A DNA stretch of 64,000 nucleotides from an uncultured Actinomycetes bacterium (GTDB lineage Bacteria > Actinomycetota > Thermoleophilia > UBA2241). A model generated the notes under the pieces. It had not been told where the DNA came from. It did no database searches and saw only the letters and a program-made list of their open reading frames with translations. The translations under genes were made by a program, and so were the position numbers. Location: contig CAVRZA010000011.1 in NCBI GenBank assembly GCA_963725665.1, positions 224,001 through 288,000 of the forward strand, in the 5' to 3' direction. Positions 1 to 9,890 of the stretch are shown here, piece after piece. Numbering within the stretch: position 1 is the stretch's first letter; the number at the start of each line of letters is the position of its first letter.

Positions 1-441
1 CGGGCCCTTCATGTCGTTGGCGCCCCGCCCGTGGAGCAACCCGTCGCGCACCTCCGCGCGGAAGGGGTCGCTCAGCCACCGCTCGCGCGGCTCGACGTCG
101 ACGGCGTCGATGTGACCGCAAAGGAGGAGGGAGCGGCCGGACGGGGCGCCCGCGAAGCGAGCGACGAGCTGCGGCCGCCCCACGAAATCGAGGCCGGCCG
201 GGCCGTAGGGGTCGCCGGCCTCCGTGGTCTCGGCCTCCCAGAGGTCGATCTCGCCCCCGGCCGCGGCGAGACGGCGCGCGACGGCGGCCTGCAGCGCGGC
301 TTCGTCGCGCGGCGGCTGGCCGCCGTCGCGCGCCGTCGTGTCGTACGCGACGAGCTCCGCGGCGAAGCCGACGAGCTCGTCGCGCGCCGCGCGCGCCGCC
401 TCGATCACCTCGAGCTCGAGCTCGTCGAAGGGGCCGCTCAC
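1..441 (-). CDS. M20 family ArgE/DapE-like deacylase/peptidase, N-terminal part (runs off the window)
   Basis: Hand translation from GTG at 441 (GGAG RBS upstream) gives ...GRPQLVARF..GRSLLLCGHIDAV..W.SDPF...DGLLHGRGANDMKG, the M20 metal-binding motifs. Not in the ORF track because it has no stop in the window. Confidence 0.85.
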   Translation of the reverse strand, partial: MSGPFDELELEVIEAARAARDELVGFAAELVAYDTTARDGGQPPRDEAALQAAVARRLAAAGGEIDLWEAETTEAGDPYGPAGLDFVGRPQLVARFAGAPSGRSLLLCGHIDAVDVEPRERWLSDPFRAEVRDGLLHGRGANDMKGP

Positions 442-549
442 CTGTCTCCATCGCCTTGGGGTTGGATTCGTGGGAAGATTCTACAGGAGCACCCAGTGGG
501 CGAACGCCCGCCAGCCATCGGCCGGCGCAACGAGCGAACGGAGGTCACG

Positions 550-900
550 ATGAGCACCGACGTCAGCACCGCGATCAGGGTCGTGAAGCCGAGCGACGTG
601 ACCTGGAGCGAGGCCTATCGCGGCCCCGAGGAGAAGGAACCGCCGGGCGTGCAATTCACCGCCTTCGAGGCGGGTCCCTTCAGCACCGGCTTCTGGCAGC
701 GCGACGAGCAGGCGCGTCCCTTCGAACGCCCTTACCACGAGATCGCCTACATCATCGAGGGCGAGGTCGAGGTGACGATCGAGGATGGGACGGTCATCCA
801 CGCCGGTCCGGGCGACATCATGGTCACCCCCAAGGGGAGCAAAGGGTACTGGAAGAACCTGTCGCCCGTGCGCAAGTTCTGGGCCATCTTCGAGGAGTGA
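550..900 (+). CDS. cupin domain protein (DUF861/EutQ-like)
   Basis: ATG 550 after GGAGGT RBS; motifs GFW, YHEIAYIIEGEV, GPGDIMVTPKGSKGYW, VRKFW. Confidence 0.8.
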   Translation: MSTDVSTAIRVVKPSDVTWSEAYRGPEEKEPPGVQFTAFEAGPFSTGFWQRDEQARPFERPYHEIAYIIEGEVEVTIEDGTVIHAGPGDIMVTPKGSKGYWKNLSPVRKFWAIFEE

Positions 901-980
901 TCACGCCGACGATCTTCGTCGGTCGGCGCGCCTGACGGCTGGCCGGACCTCGGGCGCTGCCCGCGGCGCATCTTTCGCTT

Positions 981-2552
981 CTAGCGCACGGTCACGCGGA
1001 GGCGGTCGACGCCCTTGCCGCCGTGGCTGTCGACGACGGTCACCGTCACCGTGTAGGTGCGACCGCGGGTGCGCGGGAAGGCGTGGCGAAGCGTGAAGCG
1101 CTTGCCGCTCAGAGCCAGGTGGCGCTTTCCTGAGCCGTCGCCCCAGGTCACGCACGCCTTGTAGGTCTCGATACCCGGGTCGGTGAAGCTCCCGCGCCGC
1201 GCGAAGACGACGCCGGCGCGAATGCTGGCGTTCGCGCCGGCGTAGACGCGCGGCGCCCGGTTGACCACGGTGATCACCGCGCGAGCCGTGCCGTGACCGC
1301 CGTTGTCGCCACTGACCGTCACGACCACCACGTGTCGCCCGGCGCGGCGATAGCGATGCAACAGTGAGAACGTCTGGTCGGCCGCCAGGGCGAGAGGCTG
1401 GGCGCCTGCGCCGCCGCCGTAGTCGACGCTGCCGGTCCAGCTCGTCGCCCCGACCGTCTCGTCCTTGAACCAACCGGCCGGCGAGTATGTCCCTCCCTCG
1501 AGCACGCGGACGTCCGCCAGGCCACCCACTGTGAGCGCCCCGGGACGCGGCAGCGACGAGGTGTCCACGACCTCGAAGTCGGTCCCCTTCACCTGGCTCA
1601 GGGCGTGCAAGGCGTCGTCGTCCCACCTCGAGTCGGGGGCACCAGACAGGTACCAACTGCTGCCGTTGTCGGCCACCAGCATGCCGTAGGTCTTCAGCGC
1701 CTGCAGGATCACCTGGTCACAGGCCGGAAAGCCCGAGATATCGAAGCCGGCCTTGAGACGCAGACGAAGACCCATGGGCGGCAGATCGGGGTCGCTGCTG
1801 CTGCTGGCGAAGTGGGTCGCGGGGTAGACGTAGGCGCGCTGCGTCGCGTTGACGGTGAAGCGCAGGGCGTGGTCGATGACTCCTTCCTGCACCTCGTCGT
1901 AGCGCACGAGGCCGGGGAGCATCGGCAGGCCGGCGGCGTCGGCCGAGGTCCAGCCGTCGGGGCGCAGGGCGTTGGAGCCCAGGTCGAACACGGCGCCCGA
2001 GCCGGCCGTCCAGCCCTGGCCGCTGGGGTGCGCGTCGAAGAGCTCGTAGAGCAGGAGGTTGTCGGCGTCGAGGACCAGCACGTGGCGGTCGCCGCTCGCG
2101 TTTGGGCCGCCCTCGATGGGCGCGTCGGGCGGTATCGGGTAGGGGCCGGGATCGCTCTCGTCGGCGTAGTAGAAGGAGACGGGGACCTTGGGCTGCGCGG
2201 CGCCCACGACGACGTAGGGGATGCCGTTCGGAGCGCCGTTCCACACAGTGCCGAAGTCGGGATGCAGGCCGCCGGAGGATCCAATGCGGGCGATGTAGTC
2301 GGCGGAGTTGGGATCGACCGGCAGGGTATCGACGGGCGTGTTCCAGGCGTTGTCGGCGGGGAACAGGGAGAAGGGGATGGGCGCCCCGGGGCCGTACGAG
2401 GCGGCGCTCGCGGCGGCGGGCAGCGCCAGCAGCGCCGCCGCCGCGAGCGCCGCCGGCAGCAGGCGTCGCAGCCTCGCGGCCGCAGTGATCGCCGAACACC
2501 AGTGCCGTCTTCTCACACCATCCCTATCGGCGCGCCGGACCTCCCGCTTCAT
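981..2552 (-). CDS. secreted protein with a conserved N-terminal domain of unknown function and C-terminal PKD-like repeats
   Basis: Ala/Leu signal peptide (ALPAAASA); conserved block FPADNAWN..GDRHVLV..WTSADAAGLP..HALRFT; two C-terminal Ig/PKD-like units (DYGGG/TWGDG, YTVTVTVVD). Start position uncertain. Confidence 0.7.
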   Translation of the reverse strand: MKREVRRADRDGVRRRHWCSAITAAARLRRLLPAALAAAALLALPAAASAASYGPGAPIPFSLFPADNAWNTPVDTLPVDPNSADYIARIGSSGGLHPDFGTVWNGAPNGIPYVVVGAAQPKVPVSFYYADESDPGPYPIPPDAPIEGGPNASGDRHVLVLDADNLLLYELFDAHPSGQGWTAGSGAVFDLGSNALRPDGWTSADAAGLPMLPGLVRYDEVQEGVIDHALRFTVNATQRAYVYPATHFASSSSDPDLPPMGLRLRLKAGFDISGFPACDQVILQALKTYGMLVADNGSSWYLSGAPDSRWDDDALHALSQVKGTDFEVVDTSSLPRPGALTVGGLADVRVLEGGTYSPAGWFKDETVGATSWTGSVDYGGGAGAQPLALAADQTFSLLHRYRRAGRHVVVVTVSGDNGGHGTARAVITVVNRAPRVYAGANASIRAGVVFARRGSFTDPGIETYKACVTWGDGSGKRHLALSGKRFTLRHAFPRTRGRTYTVTVTVVDSHGGKGVDRLRVTVR

Positions 2553-2612
2553 CGCAACGCGTCGCCGGGGCTGGTCACAGCTCGGCGGAAGCAGGGGTAC
2601 GATACGGCGAAC

Positions 2613-3854
2613 GTGAGCGAGAACACCCGCCTTCCCATGCGCCGCTTCGCGCGCCTGCGCTCGCTCGACCGCAACGTGACGGCCCTCGGCATCGTGAGCC
2701 TGGTCGCCGACCTGAGCTCGGAGATGGTCTATCCGCTGTTCCCGGTGTTCGTCACGACGGTGCTCGGCGCGCCGGTCGCCGTGCTCGGCCTCATCGAGGG
2801 CATCGCCGAGGCGACGGCGAGCCTCACGCGCTATCCCTTCGGGCGCGCCTCCGACGAGCTCGGCCGCCGGCGTGTCTTCGTCGTCTCCGGCTACGGCCTG
2901 AGCGCCCTCGGCAAGCTGGTGCTCGCGCTCGCGGCCGGCTGGCCGGTCGCCCTCGCCGGGCGCTTCGTCGACCGCGTCGGCAAGGGCGTACGCACCGCGC
3001 CGCGCGACGCACTGCTCGCCGCCGGCGTCCCCGACGCCGACCGTGGCCTCGCCTTCGGGCTGCACCGCTCGCTCGACACACTGGGCGCGGTGCTCGGGCC
3101 GCTTGCCGCCCTGGTCCTCGTCGACCTCGGTCTGTCGATACGCAGCGTGCTGCTCGTGGCCGTCGTGCCCGGCGTCGTGAGCGTGCTGGTGATCCTCGTC
3201 GCCGTGCGCGAGCGGGCGCCGCAGGCGCCCGCTCGCGCACGGCGACGTCTGCACCTGCCGGCCTCGCCGGCCTTCCGCTGGCTGCTGGCCGCCTCGCTCG
3301 TCTTCGCCGCCGGCAACTCCAGCAACGTCTTCATCCTGCTCAGGGCCAAGACGCTGGGCTACGGAGTGACCGCGGTGATCCTCCTCTACGTGCTCTACAA
3401 CGTCACCTACGCCGGCGGCTCACTGCCGCTCGGCGGCCTCTCGGACCGCGTCGGTCAGCTCCCGGTCGTCACCGCCGGCTTCCTCGTGTTCGCCGCCGTC
3501 TATCTCGGCTTCGCCGTCGCCCAGGGCGGCTGGGCTCTGGCGCTCCTTTTCGCCGTGTACGGCCTCTACATCGCCGCCACGGAGGGGACGACCAAGGCCC
3601 TGCTCAGCCGCGCCGCTCCCGACGAAGAACGCGGCTCTGCCATGGGCCTCTACGACACCCTGGTCGGCATCGCCGGCTTCGCGGCGAGCGCGCTGGGCGG
3701 CGTCCTGTGGTCGGCCGTCGGACCCTGGGCGACCTTCGCCTACGGCGCCGCGTGCGCGCTCGCCGCCGCAGTGCTGCTTGACGGCCGGCTGGCGACGCCT
3801 CCGCGGCGGCGTCGCTTGAGGAGTCGGTGCGGCGCATCTATCATTCGAGCGTAA
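2613..3854 (+). CDS. MFS transporter
   Basis: About 12 hydrophobic segments; GRASDELGRR, DRVGKGVRTAPRDALL, GGLSDRVG motifs. Confidence 0.9.
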   Translation: MSENTRLPMRRFARLRSLDRNVTALGIVSLVADLSSEMVYPLFPVFVTTVLGAPVAVLGLIEGIAEATASLTRYPFGRASDELGRRRVFVVSGYGLSALGKLVLALAAGWPVALAGRFVDRVGKGVRTAPRDALLAAGVPDADRGLAFGLHRSLDTLGAVLGPLAALVLVDLGLSIRSVLLVAVVPGVVSVLVILVAVRERAPQAPARARRRLHLPASPAFRWLLAASLVFAAGNSSNVFILLRAKTLGYGVTAVILLYVLYNVTYAGGSLPLGGLSDRVGQLPVVTAGFLVFAAVYLGFAVAQGGWALALLFAVYGLYIAATEGTTKALLSRAAPDEERGSAMGLYDTLVGIAGFAASALGGVLWSAVGPWATFAYGAACALAAAVLLDGRLATPPRRRRLRSRCGASIIRA

Positions 3855-4124
3855 CTCAGTGACGACCAGGGTGGCCGCGATGGTCAGCTCATCTATCTCG
3901 CGCGCGCCGGCGCCCGGCTCCGCCCGGGGCGCCTTCGACACCTGGCGTCCTCACTGCCACGCCTGGACGAGCGAGCCGATCTTCCACACCTAAGACCCGC
4001 GCGTCCCCCCTTCCGCCCCTCACCGGATCAACCATCGGCCGCCGCTGACGGGCGGTGAGCGCGCACTCTCGTCGCCCCCGCAGTGCCGCTGGTGTTTTGG
4101 CCACTTTCTGACGACAAGGAGACC

Positions 4125-6143
4125 GTGGAGCTCGATCCATTCATCGATGTCGACCTGACCACCGGCGCGGTGACGAGACGCCCCGTCGATCCCGACCAGG
4201 CGCGCCTCGTGCTCGGCGGCCGCGGGCTGGTCGCGCTCGGACTGCTCGACCAGCCCGCGGCCGACCCGTTCTCGCCCGACAACCCCTTGTTGGTCTTCGC
4301 GGGGCTGCTCACCGGCACCGCCGTGCCCGCCTCGTCGCGCGTGCACATCGGTGCACGCTCGCCGTTGACCAGCCTCTCGGGCAGTTCCAACGTCGGCGGC
4401 AGGGTGGGACGGGCGCTGCGGCGCGTCGGCGCGAGCGGCATCGTCGTGCGCGGCGCGGCGCAGCGCCCGTCGTACCTCCTGCTCTCCGAGGACGAGCTGG
4501 AGATCCTGCCGGCCGGCGAGCTCTGGGGGCTCGATACGGCGAGCGCCGGTGAGCGGCTGGCCGGCTCACACCCGCGCTCTTCGGCGCTGCTGATCGGCCC
4601 GGCCGGCGAACGCCGCGCGCGCCTCGCCTGCGTGGTGACCGAGCACGGGCATGCGGCGGGGCGCACGGGCATGGGCGCCGTCATGGGGTCGAAGTTGCTC
4701 AAGGCCATCGTCGTCGTCCCGCCGCGGGCGGCCGCGGCGACCTACGGCCGCAGGAGACCTGCCGCCGTCGAGAGCGACGACGGACGAGCCAGCGCGCGAG
4801 TCTCCGGAGGAAGCGACGAAACACGGACCCGCGCGCACGGGGCCGCACAACGCTATCTCGCCAGCATCATGGCCGCACCGTCGTTCGCCGAATGGGCCAC
4901 ATGGGGCGCGACCGCCTCAGTCAAGTGGTGCAACGACGAGGGGATCCTCGCCACGCGCAACTTCGCCACCGCCGTCTTCGACGGCGCGGCCGCCACCGAC
5001 GGCACGGCTCTCGCCCCATGGCTCGCCGGCAGCCACGGCTGTCCCGGCTGTCCTGTGCGCTGCAAGGCCGAACTGCGCCTCGCCGGACGGCTCGTGGAGC
5101 GCCCCGACTTCGAGCCCCTCGTCGCCTGGGGCGCCAAGGTGGGCGTCGACGACCCCGAGGCAGTCGTGCTGCTGCACGAGCGCTGCGACCGTCTCGGCCT
5201 CGACTCCGTTTCCGCCGGTGCGGCCTGCGCCTTCGCCCTTGACCTCTTCGAGCGCGGCATCATCGACGAGTCCGACACCGGCGGCCTGGCCCTCCACTGG
5301 GGCGCGGTCGAACCCCTGGCACGGCTTGTCGAGCAGATGGGATCGGGCGAGGGGTTCGGCGGCCTTCTCGGCGACGGCGCGCTGCGCGCCGCGGCCGCCA
5401 TCGGCCGCGGCGCGGAGCGCTACGCCTACCACGTCAAGGGTCTCGAGCTGACCGCCTACGATCCCCGCGGTGCGTTTGCCACCGCCCTGGGCTACGCGGT
5501 CTCCAACCGGGGGGCGGACTTCGCCAACGTATACGCGCGGCACGAGTTCGACGTGACGCCGCAGGTGGCCGTGCGGCTCTACGGCGACGAACGCGCCGCC
5601 GAGGCGACGGTCACCGACGGCAAGGCCGAGATGGTGCAGCGCAGCATGATCGTGAGCGCCGTGCTCGATGCGCTCGGCATCTGCAAGGTCCCGGCCCTCA
5701 GCCTCATCAACGACTACGAGCTCGAGGCAGAGGCCGAGCTCGTGCGCGAGGCAGCCGGACTCGAGGTCTCGGCCGACGACCTGTGGCTCGTGGGCGAGCG
5801 CATCGTCGCCGCCGAGCGACTCTTCAACCTCGCCTGCGGGGCCGGCGCGGCCGACGACCGACTGCCGCGCCTGTTCGGCTCGCAGCCGCTCGCGGACGGA
5901 CCCGCGCGCGGCGTGACCGTCCCCATCGCCGGGATGCGCCGCGAGTTCTACCGGCGCATGGGCTGGTCGAGCGACGGCCGTCCGACCAGGGCCACGCTGC
6001 AGCGTCTGGGACTGCTGTCGCGGGCCGGTGCTACGAGTCCGCCACTGCGACGCCGCACCGGCCCACGACCCCGAGCCCAGGAGGCCGCGAAGAGGGTACC
6101 TTCCGCGCACTTCACTGACACCGTCCCCAGGAGCACGCCGTGA
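4125..6143 (+). CDS. aor: aldehyde:ferredoxin oxidoreductase family (W/Mo-pterin)
   Basis: GTG 4125 after AAGGAG; SPLT, IGPAGE, AAGRTGMGAVMGSKLLKAIVV, CPGCPVRC, CDRLGLDSVS, VKGLE, ERLFN, DDRLP. Confidence 0.88.
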   Translation: MELDPFIDVDLTTGAVTRRPVDPDQARLVLGGRGLVALGLLDQPAADPFSPDNPLLVFAGLLTGTAVPASSRVHIGARSPLTSLSGSSNVGGRVGRALRRVGASGIVVRGAAQRPSYLLLSEDELEILPAGELWGLDTASAGERLAGSHPRSSALLIGPAGERRARLACVVTEHGHAAGRTGMGAVMGSKLLKAIVVVPPRAAAATYGRRRPAAVESDDGRASARVSGGSDETRTRAHGAAQRYLASIMAAPSFAEWATWGATASVKWCNDEGILATRNFATAVFDGAAATDGTALAPWLAGSHGCPGCPVRCKAELRLAGRLVERPDFEPLVAWGAKVGVDDPEAVVLLHERCDRLGLDSVSAGAACAFALDLFERGIIDESDTGGLALHWGAVEPLARLVEQMGSGEGFGGLLGDGALRAAAAIGRGAERYAYHVKGLELTAYDPRGAFATALGYAVSNRGADFANVYARHEFDVTPQVAVRLYGDERAAEATVTDGKAEMVQRSMIVSAVLDALGICKVPALSLINDYELEAEAELVREAAGLEVSADDLWLVGERIVAAERLFNLACGAGAADDRLPRLFGSQPLADGPARGVTVPIAGMRREFYRRMGWSSDGRPTRATLQRLGLLSRAGATSPPLRRRTGPRPRAQEAAKRVPSAHFTDTVPRSTP

Positions 6144-7591
6144 CCGCATCAACCCCGCCCTCGGCCGTCGGCCGCCTCACCTTCCTCTCCGACGACGCAC
6201 GCCAGGCGATCTTCGACACCGCCGTCGACATCATCGGACGCGTTGGCATGCGTGTCCTACACCCCGAGGCGCTGGCGCTGCTGCGCGACGCCGGCGCCGA
6301 GGTCGCCGGCGCCGACCTCGCCCGCCTTCCGCGGCAGCTCGTCACCGACGCGCTCGCCGCCGTGCCGCACTCCTTCCCCGTCTACGACCGCGCTGGTGAG
6401 CCCGCCTTCGTGCTGGGTGGCTTCACGAGCGTCTTTGGCACCGGCAGCGACCTCATGCGTCTCTTCGACCTCGAGACCGGGCAGCGGCGTACCAGCGAGC
6501 TCGCCGACGTCGGGCGCGCGGCGCGGCTGTGCGACGCGCTCGACAACATCGACTTCGTCATGTCGAGCGCCTATCCGCACGAGGTCGACGCCCACCGCGC
6601 CTACGTCGAGAGCTTCCGCCAGATGGTCGCCAACACGGTCAAGCCAATCGTGGTGACGGCCGAGAACGGCGCCGACCTGCGCGTGATGTGGAAGATCGCG
6701 GCGGCGCTGCGCGGCGGCGAGGAGGAGCTGCGCGCCAAGCCCTACTTCATCATGTACGGACAGCCGTCGAGCCCCCTCGAGCACCCCTTCGACAGCCTCG
6801 AGAAGCTGCTCCTGTGCGCCGACACGGGCGTCCCGACGATCTACTCGCCGGCCCCTCTCGCCGGCGCGACGGCCCCCCTCACCGTGGCTGGCCACGTGGC
6901 GCAGGGCGTGGCCGAGTCGCTGTACGGCTTGGTGATCCACCAGCTACGCCGGCCGGGGGCGCCGTTCATTACCGGCATCGGCCCCGCCGTGCTCGACATG
7001 GCGACGGCGCAGTCCTCCTACAACGCCCCCGAGTACCTGCTGGCCTACATGGGCGCGGTCGAGATGGCGAAGTGGCTCGACATCCCCAACTGGGGCTACG
7101 CAGGGACGACCGACTCGCAACTCCTCGATGCACAAGCCGGCATGGAGATCGCCGAGCTGACGCTCCTGGCGCTGCAAGCGGGCTCCAACCTGAACCACGA
7201 CGTGGGCTATCTCGACTTCGGCATGACCGGCTCGTTCGAGCAGATCGTGCTCTCCGACGAGCTGATCGCCTTCAGCCGCCGTCTTCTGGCCGGCATCACG
7301 GTCGACGCCGATACCCTCGCCGCCGACGTGATCGCCGCGGTCGGTCCCGGAGGCCACTTCATGGGGACCAAGCACACGCGACGGCACCTGCGCGACGGCC
7401 AGTGGCGACCGACGGTGCTCAACCGCAAGGGCTACGACGCCTGGCTGGAGGAGGGCGGGCTCGACGCTCGCGAGCGCGCTCGGCGCAGGGCGCTCGAGCT
7501 GCTCGCGACCCACGAGCCCGCCCCGCTGCCCGACGGCATGCCCGCCGAGATCGACCGGCTCATCGCGGAGTTCGCCGCCGGACGAGACTAG
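6140..7591 (+). CDS. mttB: trimethylamine methyltransferase (MttB) superfamily protein, pyrrolysine-free
   Basis: SSPL, AGATAPLTVAG, AGTTDSQLLDAQAG, VGPGGHFMGTKHT motifs; no in-frame TAG; overlaps the aor stop. Confidence 0.9.
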   Translation: MTASTPPSAVGRLTFLSDDARQAIFDTAVDIIGRVGMRVLHPEALALLRDAGAEVAGADLARLPRQLVTDALAAVPHSFPVYDRAGEPAFVLGGFTSVFGTGSDLMRLFDLETGQRRTSELADVGRAARLCDALDNIDFVMSSAYPHEVDAHRAYVESFRQMVANTVKPIVVTAENGADLRVMWKIAAALRGGEEELRAKPYFIMYGQPSSPLEHPFDSLEKLLLCADTGVPTIYSPAPLAGATAPLTVAGHVAQGVAESLYGLVIHQLRRPGAPFITGIGPAVLDMATAQSSYNAPEYLLAYMGAVEMAKWLDIPNWGYAGTTDSQLLDAQAGMEIAELTLLALQAGSNLNHDVGYLDFGMTGSFEQIVLSDELIAFSRRLLAGITVDADTLAADVIAAVGPGGHFMGTKHTRRHLRDGQWRPTVLNRKGYDAWLEEGGLDARERARRRALELLATHEPAPLPDGMPAEIDRLIAEFAAGRD

Positions 7592-7914
7592 TCGGGACGG
7601 AGCCTCCACGCGCAGCAGGCGCGTAGACCGCAGACCCGGACTCCGGCCGGATCTCACGCCAGACCGCACGGCAGCCGGTCTCCCGACGTGCACGCAGCGA
7701 GGGACTCGGGGAAGAATCCTCCTATGACCTTCGCTGAGCGATCCGGACAGCGTGCGGCCCGACAGACAGCACCTCGTGCCGGGCCGTTGGCTCGCGGGAC
7801 GGGTGATGTGACCGTGACCAGCGCGCCCAGCACTGTCGAGATGGGCGAGCCCATCTTGCCGCCCGTCTGCCAGCTCGCCACGGCGCACCCCACCGCCGGC
7901 GCAGGCGGCCAGTT

Positions 7915-9381
7915 GTGAGCGTCGTCCTTGACGGCCTGAGCCTCACGATCGAAGACGTCGCGCGCGTCGCGCGGCACGGCGAGGCCGTATCGCCGGCGCC
8001 GCGCGCCCTCGCGCGCATGCGGCGCGCTCGCGATCTCGTGGAGGAGGCTTTACAGGAGGGGAGGTCCGTGTACGGGCTGACGACCGGGGTCGGCGCCCTC
8101 AAGCGGGCGCACATCGATCCGGCTGACGAGGTAGCCTTCAACCGCCGTCTCATCGGCACGCACCTCGTGGGCCAGGGCGCGCACGCGCCGCACGACGTCG
8201 TGCGCGCCCAGGCCCTGCGACTGGCCAACTTCTTCCTTTCCGGCGACCCCGGCGTCCGCCCCGAGCTCGCCGAGCGCCTCATCAGGCTCCTGAACGACGA
8301 CTTCCTGCCCGACGTGCACACGCTGGGCTCTCTCGGCCAGTCAGACCTCGCGCCCAACGCGGATCTCGCGCGCAGCCTGTTCGAGGGCTTCGACCCCGCC
8401 GCAGGTGAGACCCTCGCCACGCTCAACAACAACGCCTTCGCGACGGGATGGGCGGCTCTCGCCCTGGACGATGCGCGCCGCCTCGTCGACGCCGTCGAGG
8501 CCGGCGGCGCGCTAGCCCTGGAGGCCTTCGCCGCCAACCTCACCATGCTCCACCGCGCGATCGCCCGCCGGCGGCCCTACCACGGCTTGCAGACATCGCT
8601 TGATCGCCTGCGCACCCTCCTCGAGGGCAGCTTCCTGTGGCAGGAGGGGGCGGCCCGCAACCTGCAGGACCCGCTCACCTTCCGCAACCTCGTGCAGCTC
8701 CAGGGCGCCGCGCGCGACGCGCTCGACCACGCTCTGGACCAACTCGCCGTGGAGCTCAACGCCGCCCAGGGGAATCCGCTCGTCGTGCTCCGCGAGGAAC
8801 CGCACGCCGAGGCGAACGACGAGATGATCGGCCCCATCTCGGTCGGCGCCTACGACGTTCTCCCCCTGGCCGCCGCCCTCGACTACGTGCGCCTCGCCTT
8901 CGCCTCGATGCTCACCAGCGCCCACGAGCGCAGCCTCAAGCTCCTTGACACGCCCTGGTCGGGGCTGCCCACCGGCCTCGTGCCCGAGTCCGGCCCGCCC
9001 GAGAGCGGTCTCAGCCACTACGCCATCGCCGGCGAGGCGCTGGTCGCCGAAGCACGGCTGCTCGGCCACCCTGTATCGTTCGAGCTCGCCAGCTCGGCCG
9101 GCGCCGAGGGCATCGAGGACCGTGCCACGATGGCTCCACTGGCGGCGCGTCAGCTCGCCCAGCAGGTCGAACTCGGGGAGCGCGTCGCCGCCATCGGGCT
9201 CCTGGTCGCGGCGCAGGCCGTCGAGCTGCGCGGCATGACGCCGCTCGGCCGAGGCACGGTCCGCCTACTCGAGCTGGTGCGCGAGCAGGTGCCCTTCATG
9301 AGGGCCGGCGATCCCATGCCGAGCGACGTCGAGCCGCTCTTCCAGCTCGTACGCTCAGGGGCTCTCTCGGCCCTACCCTAG
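7915..9381 (+). CDS. aromatic amino acid lyase (HAL/PAL) family protein lacking the MIO-forming ASG motif
   Basis: VYGLTTGVG, LQDPLTFR, ELNAAQGNP, GLPTGL, IEDRATMA. GSLGQSDLAP replaces the canonical GSVGASGDLAP. Confidence 0.88.
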   Translation: MSVVLDGLSLTIEDVARVARHGEAVSPAPRALARMRRARDLVEEALQEGRSVYGLTTGVGALKRAHIDPADEVAFNRRLIGTHLVGQGAHAPHDVVRAQALRLANFFLSGDPGVRPELAERLIRLLNDDFLPDVHTLGSLGQSDLAPNADLARSLFEGFDPAAGETLATLNNNAFATGWAALALDDARRLVDAVEAGGALALEAFAANLTMLHRAIARRRPYHGLQTSLDRLRTLLEGSFLWQEGAARNLQDPLTFRNLVQLQGAARDALDHALDQLAVELNAAQGNPLVVLREEPHAEANDEMIGPISVGAYDVLPLAAALDYVRLAFASMLTSAHERSLKLLDTPWSGLPTGLVPESGPPESGLSHYAIAGEALVAEARLLGHPVSFELASSAGAEGIEDRATMAPLAARQLAQQVELGERVAAIGLLVAAQAVELRGMTPLGRGTVRLLELVREQVPFMRAGDPMPSDVEPLFQLVRSGALSALP

Positions 9382-9383
9382 CC

Positions 9384-9872
9384 AGCTCGGCGCCGGCCAG
9401 GGTCGGGACACCCTCTACTTCGCCGGCAGTGGGCTCCAGGTCGAGGCGCTCGACTACGCTGAGAGCGCGGTCGCGGCCGTGCGCGTCAAGGCGCGAACGG
9501 CCGGTCTTCAAGCGAACATCACGTCGCTGCAGCACGACGCGCGCGCCCTTGCCCTTCGGCGACGGGAGCTTCGACGCCTGCTACGCCCACATGCTCTTCT
9601 GCATGGCGTTCACGACCCGCGAGATCGAGGCCATCGCCGGCGAGGTCCGTCGTGTGCTGCGCCCACGCGGGCTCGTCCTCTATACAGCGCGCACCACGGC
9701 CGATCCCGACTTTGGCCGCAGCGTCGCAAGAGGCGAGGACATGTACGAGGTCGGCGGCTTCATCGTGCATTTCTTCAGTCTGGCTCAGGGATTCGAGCTC
9801 GTCGACGTGGTCGAGTTTGAAGAGGGGCCTCTCCCGCGGCGCCTGTTCAGAGTGACGATGCGCAAGGCGTAG
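9384..9872 (+). pseudogene. class I SAM-dependent methyltransferase remnant
   Basis: Motif I LGAGQGRD begins immediately after the lyase stop with no start codon; frameshift near 9548 into PLPFGDGSFDACYAHMLFC..RRVLRPRG. Confidence 0.7.
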
Positions 9873-9890
9873 AAATGGACGCGCCGGCCT

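Noticed and set aside
7915-9381. Annotation as hutH
   Set aside because: The ASG triad is missing and there are no hutU/I/G neighbours.
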